A stretch of DNA of 40,211 nt from NCBI GenBank assembly GCA_001303545.1, contig LJUA01000001.1, forward strand, positions 1-40,211. The letters run 5' to 3'. Shown in pieces: positions 8,430-15,116 of this stretch. The notes beneath the pieces were generated by a model. It was not told the origin of the DNA. It worked only from the letters and a program-made list of their open reading frames with translations, and ran no database searches. Source of the stretch: Dehalococcoidia bacterium SM23_28_2. Its GTDB lineage: Bacteria; Chloroflexota; Dehalococcoidia; SM23-28-2. The position numbers and the translations under genes are program-made. Each line of letters opens with the position of its first letter. Position 1 is the stretch's first letter.

Positions 8430-8458
8430 ATGATAGCACAACCCCCAGGGGTACGCAA
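8430..8458 (-). promoter_or_regulatory. Promoter of the polyamine operon (TTGCGT-17 nt-TATCAT with an extended -10 TG)
   Basis: The minus strand reads TTGCGTaccccctgggggttgTGcTATCAT. A roughly 58-nt leader follows, with a CCTGCC/GGCAGG hairpin just 5' of the Shine-Dalgarno. This is a sequence match only. Confidence 0.45.
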
Positions 8459-8529
8459 TGGGCCGGGGAAGGGGATAATGCTTCCCTGACTAGCTGAACC
8501 CGAAGGGAGCGAAAAGGGGGCTCGTCTCC

Positions 8530-9906
8530 TTAGCCCCGGCGGCGCCAGCGCGTGCCTTCCGCGGTGTCCTCGAGGGCGATGCCTAGCTCGCCCAGGCGGC
8601 CGCGAACCCTGTCAGAGAGCTGGTAGAGCTTAGCCTCCCGTAGCTCATCCCTCAGCTCCACCAGCAGGTCGATGAAAGGCCGAGCGGCCAGCCCTACCTC
8701 CCCCTCGGCGAGGGTCAGGCCGAGCACCCCCGCCAGTTCGCGCAGGGCTGCCTGGGCCTCCTCCACGGACTGGCCCTGATCGCGGCCGCGGTTTATCTCC
8801 CGCGCCAGGTCGAAGAGGGCGGCCAAGGCCTGGGCTGTGTTCAGGTCGTCCTCCATGCCCTCGATGAAGCGGCTACGGAACTCTTCAGCGTCGAGAGGAG
8901 ACCCCTTACCCTCGCCGGGCAGGTGGGCAGCCAGGCGAAGGCGCTCGGCGGCCCGTTTGCCTGCTTCCAGGCCCTCCTCGCTATAGGACAAGGGGCTGCG
9001 ATAGTGGGAATTGAGAACGAACAGGCGGCAGGCGTCGCCGCCATATTTCTCCAGGGCCTCAGCGATAGGGATGATGTTCCCCAGAGACTTGCTCATCTTC
9101 TCCTCGCCCAGATACAGCCAGCCATTGTGCAGCCAGAAGCGGGCGAAGGGCTGGCAGCCGGTGTAGGCCTCGCTCTGGGCGATCTCGTTCTCGTGATGGG
9201 GAAAGACAAGGTCGACGCCGCCGCCGTGGATGTCCAGGGTTTCGCCCAGGTACTTGACGGACATAGCGGAGCACTCGATGTGCCAGCCGGGACGGCCAGG
9301 CCCCCAGGGGCTGGGCCAGGAGGGCTCCCCCGGCTTGGCCGCCTTCCAGAGGGCGAAATCGGCGGGGTCTTCCTTGTTCTCGCCGGGCTCCACCTCTCGC
9401 CCTATGTCACAGCGACCGCCGGCCCGTATCGAATCTAGGGTGCGGCCAGAGAGCTTGCCGTAGTCCTTCTTGGCGCTAACCCGGAAATAGACATCGCCCT
9501 CCGCCACATAGGCGTAGCCCTTCTCTATCAGAGTGGAGATCATCTCGATCATGTTGGGGATCTCCTCGGTAGCGCGAGGGTAGACGTGGGCCGGCAGGAC
9601 GTTGAGGGCCTCCATCTCGGCCGCATACTCTGCGATCAGCCGCTCGGTCAGCTCCCGAGGGGAGATGTCCTGCTGGTTAGCGCGGTCGATGATGCGGTCA
9701 TCGATGTCGGTATAGTTCTGGACGTGACGTACCTGGTAGCCACAGTACTCCAGATAGCGACGGAGAACATCGAAGATGATGTAGCTCATGGCGTGGCCCA
9801 GGTGGCTGCGGTCGTAGGGCGTTACGCCGCAGACGTACATCTTCACCGGGCCGTCCGCCTGAGCAAACTCCTCCTTCTTGCCAGTGAGGGTGTTGTAGAG
9901 CTTCAA
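8530..9906 (-). CDS. cysS: Cysteine--tRNA ligase
   Basis: The protein shows class I aaRS features: [17 protein letters not shown] (HIGH-type) and KMSKSLGN (KMSKS). I chose TTG 9906, giving (M)KLYNTLTG, because AGGAGGA lies 6 nt upstream. The longer ORF to 10023 overlaps cysE and is unlikely. Confidence 0.95.
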   Translation of the reverse strand: MKLYNTLTGKKEEFAQADGPVKMYVCGVTPYDRSHLGHAMSYIIFDVLRRYLEYCGYQVRHVQNYTDIDDRIIDRANQQDISPRELTERLIAEYAAEMEALNVLPAHVYPRATEEIPNMIEMISTLIEKGYAYVAEGDVYFRVSAKKDYGKLSGRTLDSIRAGGRCDIGREVEPGENKEDPADFALWKAAKPGEPSWPSPWGPGRPGWHIECSAMSVKYLGETLDIHGGGVDLVFPHHENEIAQSEAYTGCQPFARFWLHNGWLYLGEEKMSKSLGNIIPIAEALEKYGGDACRLFVLNSHYRSPLSYSEEGLEAGKRAAERLRLAAHLPGEGKGSPLDAEEFRSRFIEGMEDDLNTAQALAALFDLAREINRGRDQGQSVEEAQAALRELAGVLGLTLAEGEVGLAARPFIDLLVELRDELREAKLYQLSDRVRGRLGELGIALEDTAEGTRWRRRG

Positions 9907-10583
9907 GAGGCGTCCTCCTGGTGTTGGCTGACGGCTGGCTCTCGCTTCAGTTCCTTCTCCAGGTCGGCGATGCGCTTCTCCAGCTTCCTGATTTGCCTTT
10001 CCAGCCGCTGAATGACATCCCACTCGGGGTCGGGCAGCTTCAATATCGTGTCATCGCCGGGGTCATGATAGGCCACCACGTGGCCAGGCACGCCCACCAC
10101 GGTGGCGTTGTCAGGCACGTTGGAGACCACCACGGAGCCCGCCCCGATGCGCACGTTGTTCCCCACGTTTATCGCCCCAATGAGGTTGGCGCCGGCCCCC
10201 ACCACCACGTTGTCGCCCAGGGTGGGGTGGCGCTTCGCCCGTTTGGTGCTGGTGCCCCCCAGCGTCACGCCCTGGTAGAGATGGCAGTTGTCGCCGATCT
10301 GCGTCGTCTCGCCGATAACCACCCCCATGCCATGGTCGATGAAGAAGCCCTCGCCGATCTCGGCGCCGGGATGGATCTCGATGCCGGTGAAGGCACGGCC
10401 GACATGGGAAACGACCCTGGCCAGCACGCGCTGACGCCTTTCATAGAGAAAATGGGCCAGGCGGTGGAGTTGGCGAGCGTGAAAGCCCGGGTAGGCCAGA
10501 ATAACCTCTAGGGCGCTGGTAGCGGCCGGGTCCCGCTCCTGCGCGGCCTGTATATCGCGTCTAATGCTCCGTAAGGCTGACAC
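9903..10583 (-). CDS. cysE: Serine O-acetyltransferase
   Basis: The protein contains [19 protein letters not shown]...[43 protein letters not shown] (hexapeptide repeats). The start is GTG with AGGAGGG upstream. Its TGA stop overlaps the cysS TTG start, reading TTGA. Confidence 0.9.
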   Translation of the reverse strand: MSALRSIRRDIQAAQERDPAATSALEVILAYPGFHARQLHRLAHFLYERRQRVLARVVSHVGRAFTGIEIHPGAEIGEGFFIDHGMGVVIGETTQIGDNCHLYQGVTLGGTSTKRAKRHPTLGDNVVVGAGANLIGAINVGNNVRIGAGSVVVSNVPDNATVVGVPGHVVAYHDPGDDTILKLPDPEWDVIQRLERQIRKLEKRIADLEKELKREPAVSQHQEDAS

Positions 10584-10739
10584 GGGCTATCCCTCCTGTC
10601 CGTGGCTGTCCCTTTCCCTTTGTGGGGTGTCCCGATACGGCGGGGCACCCCTCGATACATATGCAGACCAAGCGACGGCACGTCGCCACGGCCAGGGAAG
10701 AACGCGCCCTATGATATACGGTCATACCGATTCCTGTTC

Positions 10740-11213
10740 CTATCTTTGCTCCAACAGGGCCACAGCCAGAGCGGCAATCGCCTTGCCGCGACCGATGTCG
10801 CCGATGCCCTCGTTGGTGGTAGCCTTAATGCTTATCCTCGCTTCGTCCAGGTCGAGAGTGTCGGCGATACGCTGCCGAATCGAACGGATGTGGGGGGCCA
10901 AGCGAGGCTTCTCGGCAATGATGGTGACATCCACATTCCAGGCTTTGTACCCCACCTGGGTTATCATCTGGACGGTTTGGGCCAGCAGTTGGCGGCTATC
11001 GGCGCCGGCGTACGCCGGATCGCCTGGCGGGAAGAAGCAGCCGATGTCACCGAGGCCCGCAGCCCCCAGCAGGGCATCCATAATGGCGTGGAGGAGCACG
11101 TCAGCATCGCTGTGGCCGCCCAGCCCCGTCTCACCCTCTATTTCCACGCCCCCCAGAATGAGTGGACGCCCCTTCTCAAATCTGTGTATATCATAGCCAA
11201 TGCCTACCCGCAT
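10740..11213 (-). CDS. ispF: 2-C-methyl-D-erythritol 2,4-cyclodiphosphate synthase
   Basis: The protein begins MRVGIGYDIHRFEKGRPLILGGVEIEGETGLGGHSDADVLLHAIMDALLGAAGLGDIG. ATG 11213 lies 2 nt after the ispD stop. The longer ORF to 11291 overlaps ispD. Confidence 0.95.
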   Translation of the reverse strand: MRVGIGYDIHRFEKGRPLILGGVEIEGETGLGGHSDADVLLHAIMDALLGAAGLGDIGCFFPPGDPAYAGADSRQLLAQTVQMITQVGYKAWNVDVTIIAEKPRLAPHIRSIRQRIADTLDLDEARISIKATTNEGIGDIGRGKAIAALAVALLEQR

Positions 11214-11215
11214 GT

Positions 11216-11908
11216 CTAACCTGCCCTGCCTTGAGCGAGGAGCGCTTCCACTAGGACCAAATCGGCAGCGGTGGTCACCTTGATGTTCCAAGGCGAGCCC
11301 TCGAACACCCTGACCTGATAGCCCAGCTTCTCCACCAGGGCGGCATCATCGGTGGCCTCGCCCTGGGCACGCTGGTGAGCCTCGCGCAGGATGTCGTAGC
11401 GGAAGACCTGGGGCGTCTGCGCGGCCCACAGCCGCCCCCTGGAGAGAGTGTGCCCGATGATGCCCGCTGGTTCCACTTCTTTGACTGTATCCCCGATCGG
11501 TAGGGCGGCGATGGCTGCCCCCGTCTCCTTCGCTGCCTCCAGGCCGCGCTCGATGAGCTCGGCGGTCACCAGCGGACGGGCGCCATCATGCACCACCACC
11601 CATTGGCAAGACGCCAGCGCTTCCAGGCCGTTACACACAGAATCCTGACGCCGTTCGCCTCCCTGGCAGACGGCGGCCACCTTGCCGAAGCCAGCCTCGG
11701 CCACCAGCTCTCTTCCCCGCTCGATGTTCTCCAGCGAAAGGACGAGCACCACCCTCTCCACGCTGGGGCAGAGGTCGAAGGCGCTGAGGGTGTGGGCAAG
11801 AAGGGGTCCGCCGCCAACGACGGCGAACAGCTTGTCCCCGCCGCCCATCCGCTGGCTGCGGCCGGCAGCAGCGATGATCGCTCCCACCGATTCCTGGCTG
11901 GCCGACAT
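11216..11908 (-). CDS. ispD: 2-C-methyl-D-erythritol 4-phosphate cytidylyltransferase
   Basis: The 230-aa protein has an N-terminal GAIIAAAGRSQRMGGGDKLF (P-loop-like IspD motif) and VVVHDGARP. It is adjacent to ispF. Confidence 0.9.
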   Translation of the reverse strand: MSASQESVGAIIAAAGRSQRMGGGDKLFAVVGGGPLLAHTLSAFDLCPSVERVVLVLSLENIERGRELVAEAGFGKVAAVCQGGERRQDSVCNGLEALASCQWVVVHDGARPLVTAELIERGLEAAKETGAAIAALPIGDTVKEVEPAGIIGHTLSRGRLWAAQTPQVFRYDILREAHQRAQGEATDDAALVEKLGYQVRVFEGSPWNIKVTTAADLVLVEALLAQGRAG

Positions 11909-11926
11909 AGGCAGGCCCTAATGGAC

Positions 11927-12985
11927 TTACTGGCCGGCGGCCTTGGGCGCAGCAAAGATCATCCGACCAGCCACGGTCTGAAGAACGCGGGTGACAATGA
12001 CCTCCAACTGCTCGTTCAGGTAGCGGCGGCCGCCCTCCACCACCACCATGGTGCCGTCATCCAAAAAGCCAACGCCCTGGCCGCTCTCCTTCCCCTCCTG
12101 GATGATGCGCACCTCCATCTCCTCGCCGGGCAACACCATCGCCTTGACGGCGTTGGCCAGGTGGTTCACGTTGAGAACGCGCACCCCTTCCAGTTCTGCG
12201 ATGCGGTTGAGGTTGAAATCGTTAGTCATGATCGGGCAGCCCATACTTTTCGCCAGCCGGATGAGCTTGCCGTCCACATCCGGTGCATCCTCGAAGTCAG
12301 TCTCCGAAACCCGCAAGGGCACCGGCGATTCCTTCTGAAGGCGACCGAGTATTTCCAGGCCACGCCGACCGCGGTTACGCCTAAGGGCATCGGGGGAATC
12401 GGCGATGTAGCGCAGTTCGTCCAGCACGAAGCGGGGGACCACCAATGCCCCCATGATGAAGCCTGTCTGGACAATGTCGGCCATGCGGCCGTCGATGACA
12501 GCGCTGGTATCGACAACGATCTGACGAGACACAGGGCCTGTCCCTTTGCCCACTAGAGGAACGTAGCGCGAGAGGAAATCGGCAAACTGCTCCTCCCGGT
12601 TGACCATGGCCGCTACGCCCAGAGAGCCTAGGACGGCCATGACCACAAAGGGGACAAGGACACCGCCGACGCCGGGCAGGGTAACGAGGGCCGGCGTCAG
12701 GAGGGCCGCTACCAGAAGGCCGGCCACCAGGCCACAGATGCCCAGCACCAACTGGATGGGCTCGAACTGACTAGTCCACTCCTGGAAACGGCGCAAGGGC
12801 CCCAGAAAGATGAGGGGCCCCGCTATGATCCCGAAGATGGTAAACAGCACGGGCGGTGCCGCCCAGAAGATCACCTCCGTATTGCCGGTATCTCCCTTGG
12901 CCAGAAACTCCCCCATACGAAGGCCCACATATCCAAAGAAGATGGCGCCAAAAATACGGAAAATAAGATTGATGTTAATGAGCAT
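11927..12985 (-). CDS. yacL: Membrane-anchored PIN/TRAM-domain protein (YacL-like)
   Basis: The N-terminus has about 4 hydrophobic segments. A PIN-like region follows (IVVDTSAVIDGRMADIVQTGF...VVPRFVLDELRYIADS), then a C-terminal TRAM-like beta region (VEGGRRYLNEQLEVIVTRVLQT). It sits upstream of ispD-ispF as in B. subtilis. I prefer ATG 12985 (MLININ...) because GGGGAGG lies 9 nt upstream. Confidence 0.8.
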   Translation of the reverse strand: MLININLIFRIFGAIFFGYVGLRMGEFLAKGDTGNTEVIFWAAPPVLFTIFGIIAGPLIFLGPLRRFQEWTSQFEPIQLVLGICGLVAGLLVAALLTPALVTLPGVGGVLVPFVVMAVLGSLGVAAMVNREEQFADFLSRYVPLVGKGTGPVSRQIVVDTSAVIDGRMADIVQTGFIMGALVVPRFVLDELRYIADSPDALRRNRGRRGLEILGRLQKESPVPLRVSETDFEDAPDVDGKLIRLAKSMGCPIMTNDFNLNRIAELEGVRVLNVNHLANAVKAMVLPGEEMEVRIIQEGKESGQGVGFLDDGTMVVVEGGRRYLNEQLEVIVTRVLQTVAGRMIFAAPKAAGQ

Positions 12986-13106
12986 CGAATGATACCTCCC
13001 CACCGACCGCCGTTCTCCGCCATAGAGCGGAGCTTGGAGAGCGATAGCCTACGCACACTCCCCCGGCGAAGGCCCCAAGATAATAAGGGCCGGATAACCT
13101 ACGAGA

Positions 13107-13135
13107 AGTATAACATACGCTCGTACACGCGTCAA
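13107..13135 (-). promoter_or_regulatory. Promoter of the yacL-ispDF(-cysES) block (TTGACG-17 nt-TATACT)
   Basis: The minus strand reads TTGACGcgtgtacgagcgtatgtTATACT in an AT-richer spacer. The implied leader to ATG 12985 is about 115 nt. Confidence 0.45.
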
Positions 13136-13147
13136 AGTCGCCTGGGC

Positions 13148-13765
13148 CTAGCTCAAGAATCCCCCCAGGATTTCGATGCCATATTCGCCCGCGGCCGCCA
13201 TGTACAGATCCTTAATGACCTTCCCGGCCAAGACGGCCAGGAAGAACCGGCCGAGGGGCATGCGAACGACCCCTGCCGCCGCGCCAGCCACATCGAACAG
13301 AGGGTTGGGGATGACAGACATCACGAACATAGTGATCACGCCGTGGCGTTCCATCCAGACCTGGATCCGCTTGTACTCCGGGCGCTCCTGGATCACGATA
13401 CGGCTGCCGTAGCCGGCGGCATAGCCAGTGAATTCGCCCAGAGCCTCCGCCAGGCCGGCGATGATACCCACATAGACGAAGGTGGGTATGCCCAGATAAG
13501 AATTGAGGATCGCGCCGCCGCCAACCACCGAGGCGGCTGCAGGGGTAGGCAGGATCATCGAGGCAGCACCGATGAAGTTGATGATGAACACGCCAGCGTA
13601 GCCGTAGTCTTTGAGCCTGCTCACCTCTACCTGGAAGTAGAAGAAGGCAAAGGCGAAGACGGTCATCAGAGCGACGACGAAGATAAGAAGCGTATACTCC
13701 AAGCGCCAGGCAGCCCATTGCCTGCGCCTCATTGCCGCCTTCTTCTCATTGGGAAGGCTTTTCAT
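13148..13765 (-). CDS. VTT-domain (DedA/YqaA-like) integral membrane protein
   Basis: The 205-aa protein is polytopic. FIINFIGAASMILPTPAAASVVGGG and VIPNPLFDVAGAAAGVVRMPLGRFFLAVLAGKVIKD resemble the COG1238/YqaA re-entrant-loop pattern. The start could instead be the second ATG at 13732, which is preceded by AAGAAGG. Confidence 0.65.
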   Translation of the reverse strand: MKSLPNEKKAAMRRRQWAAWRLEYTLLIFVVALMTVFAFAFFYFQVEVSRLKDYGYAGVFIINFIGAASMILPTPAAASVVGGGAILNSYLGIPTFVYVGIIAGLAEALGEFTGYAAGYGSRIVIQERPEYKRIQVWMERHGVITMFVMSVIPNPLFDVAGAAAGVVRMPLGRFFLAVLAGKVIKDLYMAAAGEYGIEILGGFLS

Positions 13766-14041
13766 ACGTCGGACGCTTCTCCCTGTCGCCTTCCCTCACC
13801 AACCAGCGACCTGATGCCTGTGCCCAACACGAACGAAGGGACGGGAGGCCTAGCCTCTCGTCCCCTTTGTGCTAGCCTCTCCTTCGCATGCCTACGAGGT
13901 TAGCTGACGGGTTCGGCCTGAAGGAGTTAGCCTACTCCGACAATGTCGGAGATTCACCCCGGTGCCCGCTGGTCGGCAGGCAGTTGGTTCCCCCGTGTCG
14001 CCTGTGGCGACTTCGGCCACCCTATTCGCCTAGCTTCTCCC
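13766..14041 (-). ncRNA. Candidate structured 5' leader, riboswitch-like element or sRNA (unclassified)
   Basis: This is the transcript predicted from the promoter at 14042-14070. It contains several mutually exclusive helices, three copies of GAGA(A/G)GCUAG(G/C), two copies of GGGAGAAGC, and a GC-rich terminator hairpin at 13838-13864. See the finding for details. Confidence 0.4.
13826..13864 (-). terminator. Terminator/attenuator-like hairpin inside the leader of the VTT gene
   Basis: The minus strand reads GGGACG-A-GAGGC-UAG-GCCUC-C-CGUCCC (11 bp), followed by the interrupted U-tract UUCGUUCGUGUU. It lies about 60 nt upstream of the VTT start codon. Confidence 0.4.
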
Positions 14042-14070
14042 AATTTAGCAAAGGCTCTACCTGGTGTCAA
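14042..14070 (-). promoter_or_regulatory. Near-consensus promoter (TTGACA-17 nt-TAAATT) directly after the usp stop codon
   Basis: The minus strand reads TTGACAccaggtagagcctttgcTAAATT. The -35 element starts at the base after the TGA of the upstream usp gene. Confidence 0.5.
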
Positions 14071-14985
14071 TCAACGGGGACGATGGGGACGGATCACCAG
14101 AACTGGCTCGCCCGTGTGCCTCACCACCTCGTCGGCTACACTACCCATAACCCAGCGACGGAAGCCGGAGCGTCCGTGGGTGGTCATGGCCACCAGGCTG
14201 TCGCTGGTCTCCTTGGCGAACTCCACGATCCTGGAGCCCGCCGCGCCGCGGAACACCTCCCACTGCACCGTCAGCCCTTTATTCTTAAGCTGCTTGGCCA
14301 GGCCGGTGAGATAGCCAGAGGCCACCACGTCCAGCTGTTGTAGGACGTCACTGGGCACCGACCAGCTATCCGGCGCCATTGAGCCGAAGCGCACAGTGGT
14401 CTCAACACCGATCACCTGGATAAGGATAAGCTCCAGCCCCAGGGCCCTGGCTAGCTCCTCGGCTAAGGGGAGAGCCGCCTCGGCAGTGTTGGACCCGTCC
14501 AGGGGAACGATGATCTTCGACAATCGGGCGGCAGTCTCACCGCCGCCCTCATCGCGTGGCCTGACCAAGAGGACAGGCTGCTCACAGGCGCGCAGGATCC
14601 TGTCGACCCCACTTCCCATCACCCAACGAGCCAGCCCCGAGCGGCCATGAGTAGACAGGGCAATCAGGCCAACGTTCTCCTGCTCGGCGTGCTCCAGGAT
14701 CTTCGCTGTTGCCCGGCCTCCGACCACTCTGGTCTCGACATCGATTCCTTGCTTACGAAACTCATCGGCCACCCCCGCCAGATAGTTCTCGGCCAGGGGA
14801 CGGATGCGTTCCATGGTCTCATCGGCATAGGTCTTCTGCTCAGGATCCTCCTGATCAAGTGCGGACTCGGCAACATGGAATAGAATAACGCGGCTATGGA
14901 ATCCTTTGGCCACCAACATCACGTAGGGCAAGATCGCCTGCGCTACGGGCGATCCATCCAGCGGCACCAATATCTTGTCGAACAT
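14071..14985 (-). CDS. Universal stress protein with tandem UspA domains
   Basis: Two Usp repeats each begin KILVPLDGS / KIIVPLDGS and end with a G..GRSG.....GSV-type ATP-binding motif (STHGRSGLARWVMGSG, TTHGRSGFRRWVMGSV). I chose ATG 14985 (MFDKILVPLDGS), which is preceded by GGAGAGGG. Confidence 0.85.
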   Translation of the reverse strand: MFDKILVPLDGSPVAQAILPYVMLVAKGFHSRVILFHVAESALDQEDPEQKTYADETMERIRPLAENYLAGVADEFRKQGIDVETRVVGGRATAKILEHAEQENVGLIALSTHGRSGLARWVMGSGVDRILRACEQPVLLVRPRDEGGGETAARLSKIIVPLDGSNTAEAALPLAEELARALGLELILIQVIGVETTVRFGSMAPDSWSVPSDVLQQLDVVASGYLTGLAKQLKNKGLTVQWEVFRGAAGSRIVEFAKETSDSLVAMTTHGRSGFRRWVMGSVADEVVRHTGEPVLVIRPHRPR

Positions 14986-15017
14986 GTAGACGCCCTCTCC
15001 TGAAATAGTGATGCTGT

Positions 15018-15046
15018 ATAGTAGCAATTGCTGAGGCTGCGAGCAA
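15018..15046 (-). promoter_or_regulatory. Putative usp promoter (TTGCTC-17 nt-TACTAT)
   Basis: This is a sequence match in the usp / radical-SAM divergent spacer. Confidence 0.4.
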
Positions 15047-15057
15047 GCCCTCCAAGG

Positions 15058-15087
15058 TTGCCGCCCCCGCCGTCGGTTCAGTATGAT
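15058..15087 (+). promoter_or_regulatory. Putative promoter of the radical SAM gene (TTGCCG-18 nt-TATGAT)
   Basis: This is a sequence match, back-to-back with the usp promoter. Confidence 0.35.
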
Positions 15088-15116
15088 CAAAGTTCAGAGG
15101 CCTTTCCCGCAGCGAG

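Noticed and set aside
8366-8458. The N-terminal 31-aa extension of the speH ORF (MRTPGGCAIIRAWPIGW...).
   Set aside because: The extension would be translated through a good TTGCGT-17-TATCAT promoter and its leader hairpin. The internal ATG 8365 has a strong SD and gives the normal roughly 130-aa SpeH length.
9907-10023. The N-terminal 39-aa extension of the cysS ORF.
   Set aside because: It overlaps the cysE C-terminus out of frame. The conserved CysS N-terminus (KLYNTLTG) begins at TTG 9906, which has a consensus SD.
9903-10080. The coiled-coil-like C-terminal extension of CysE ([30 protein letters not shown]) as a possible novelty.
   Set aside because: From memory, Bacillus-type CysE proteins carry a comparable LPDP...coiled-coil tail, so this is probably an ordinary family feature.
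10584-10739. Possible T-box riboswitch upstream of cysE-cysS, as in Bacillus. A hairpin there even has a UGC (Cys codon) triloop.
   Set aside because: The spacer is only about 156 nt. I found no T-box consensus (..GGUGGNACCGCG..), no UGGA to pair with a tRNA-Cys acceptor end, no stem I features and no terminator with a U-tract. The UGC triloop is most likely coincidental.
12989-13903. A 304-aa ORF on the + strand crossing the yacL promoter spacer and the VTT gene.
   Set aside because: It is antisense to the VTT membrane protein and runs through two intergenic promoter regions. It has no motif and a shadow-ORF composition.
13766-14041. Attempted to assign the structured leader to a known RNA family: cobalamin, Mn yybP-ykoY, fluoride, guanidine-I/ykkC, glycine, SRP RNA, RNase P RNA or tmRNA.
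   Set aside because: I saw only short coincidental similarities (AAUAGGG, GGUGAAUCUCC, CCCGUCAG, ACACGGGGGAAC), in the wrong order or spacing for each consensus as I remember it. It is therefore left unclassified and not given a family name. An Rfam scan is needed.
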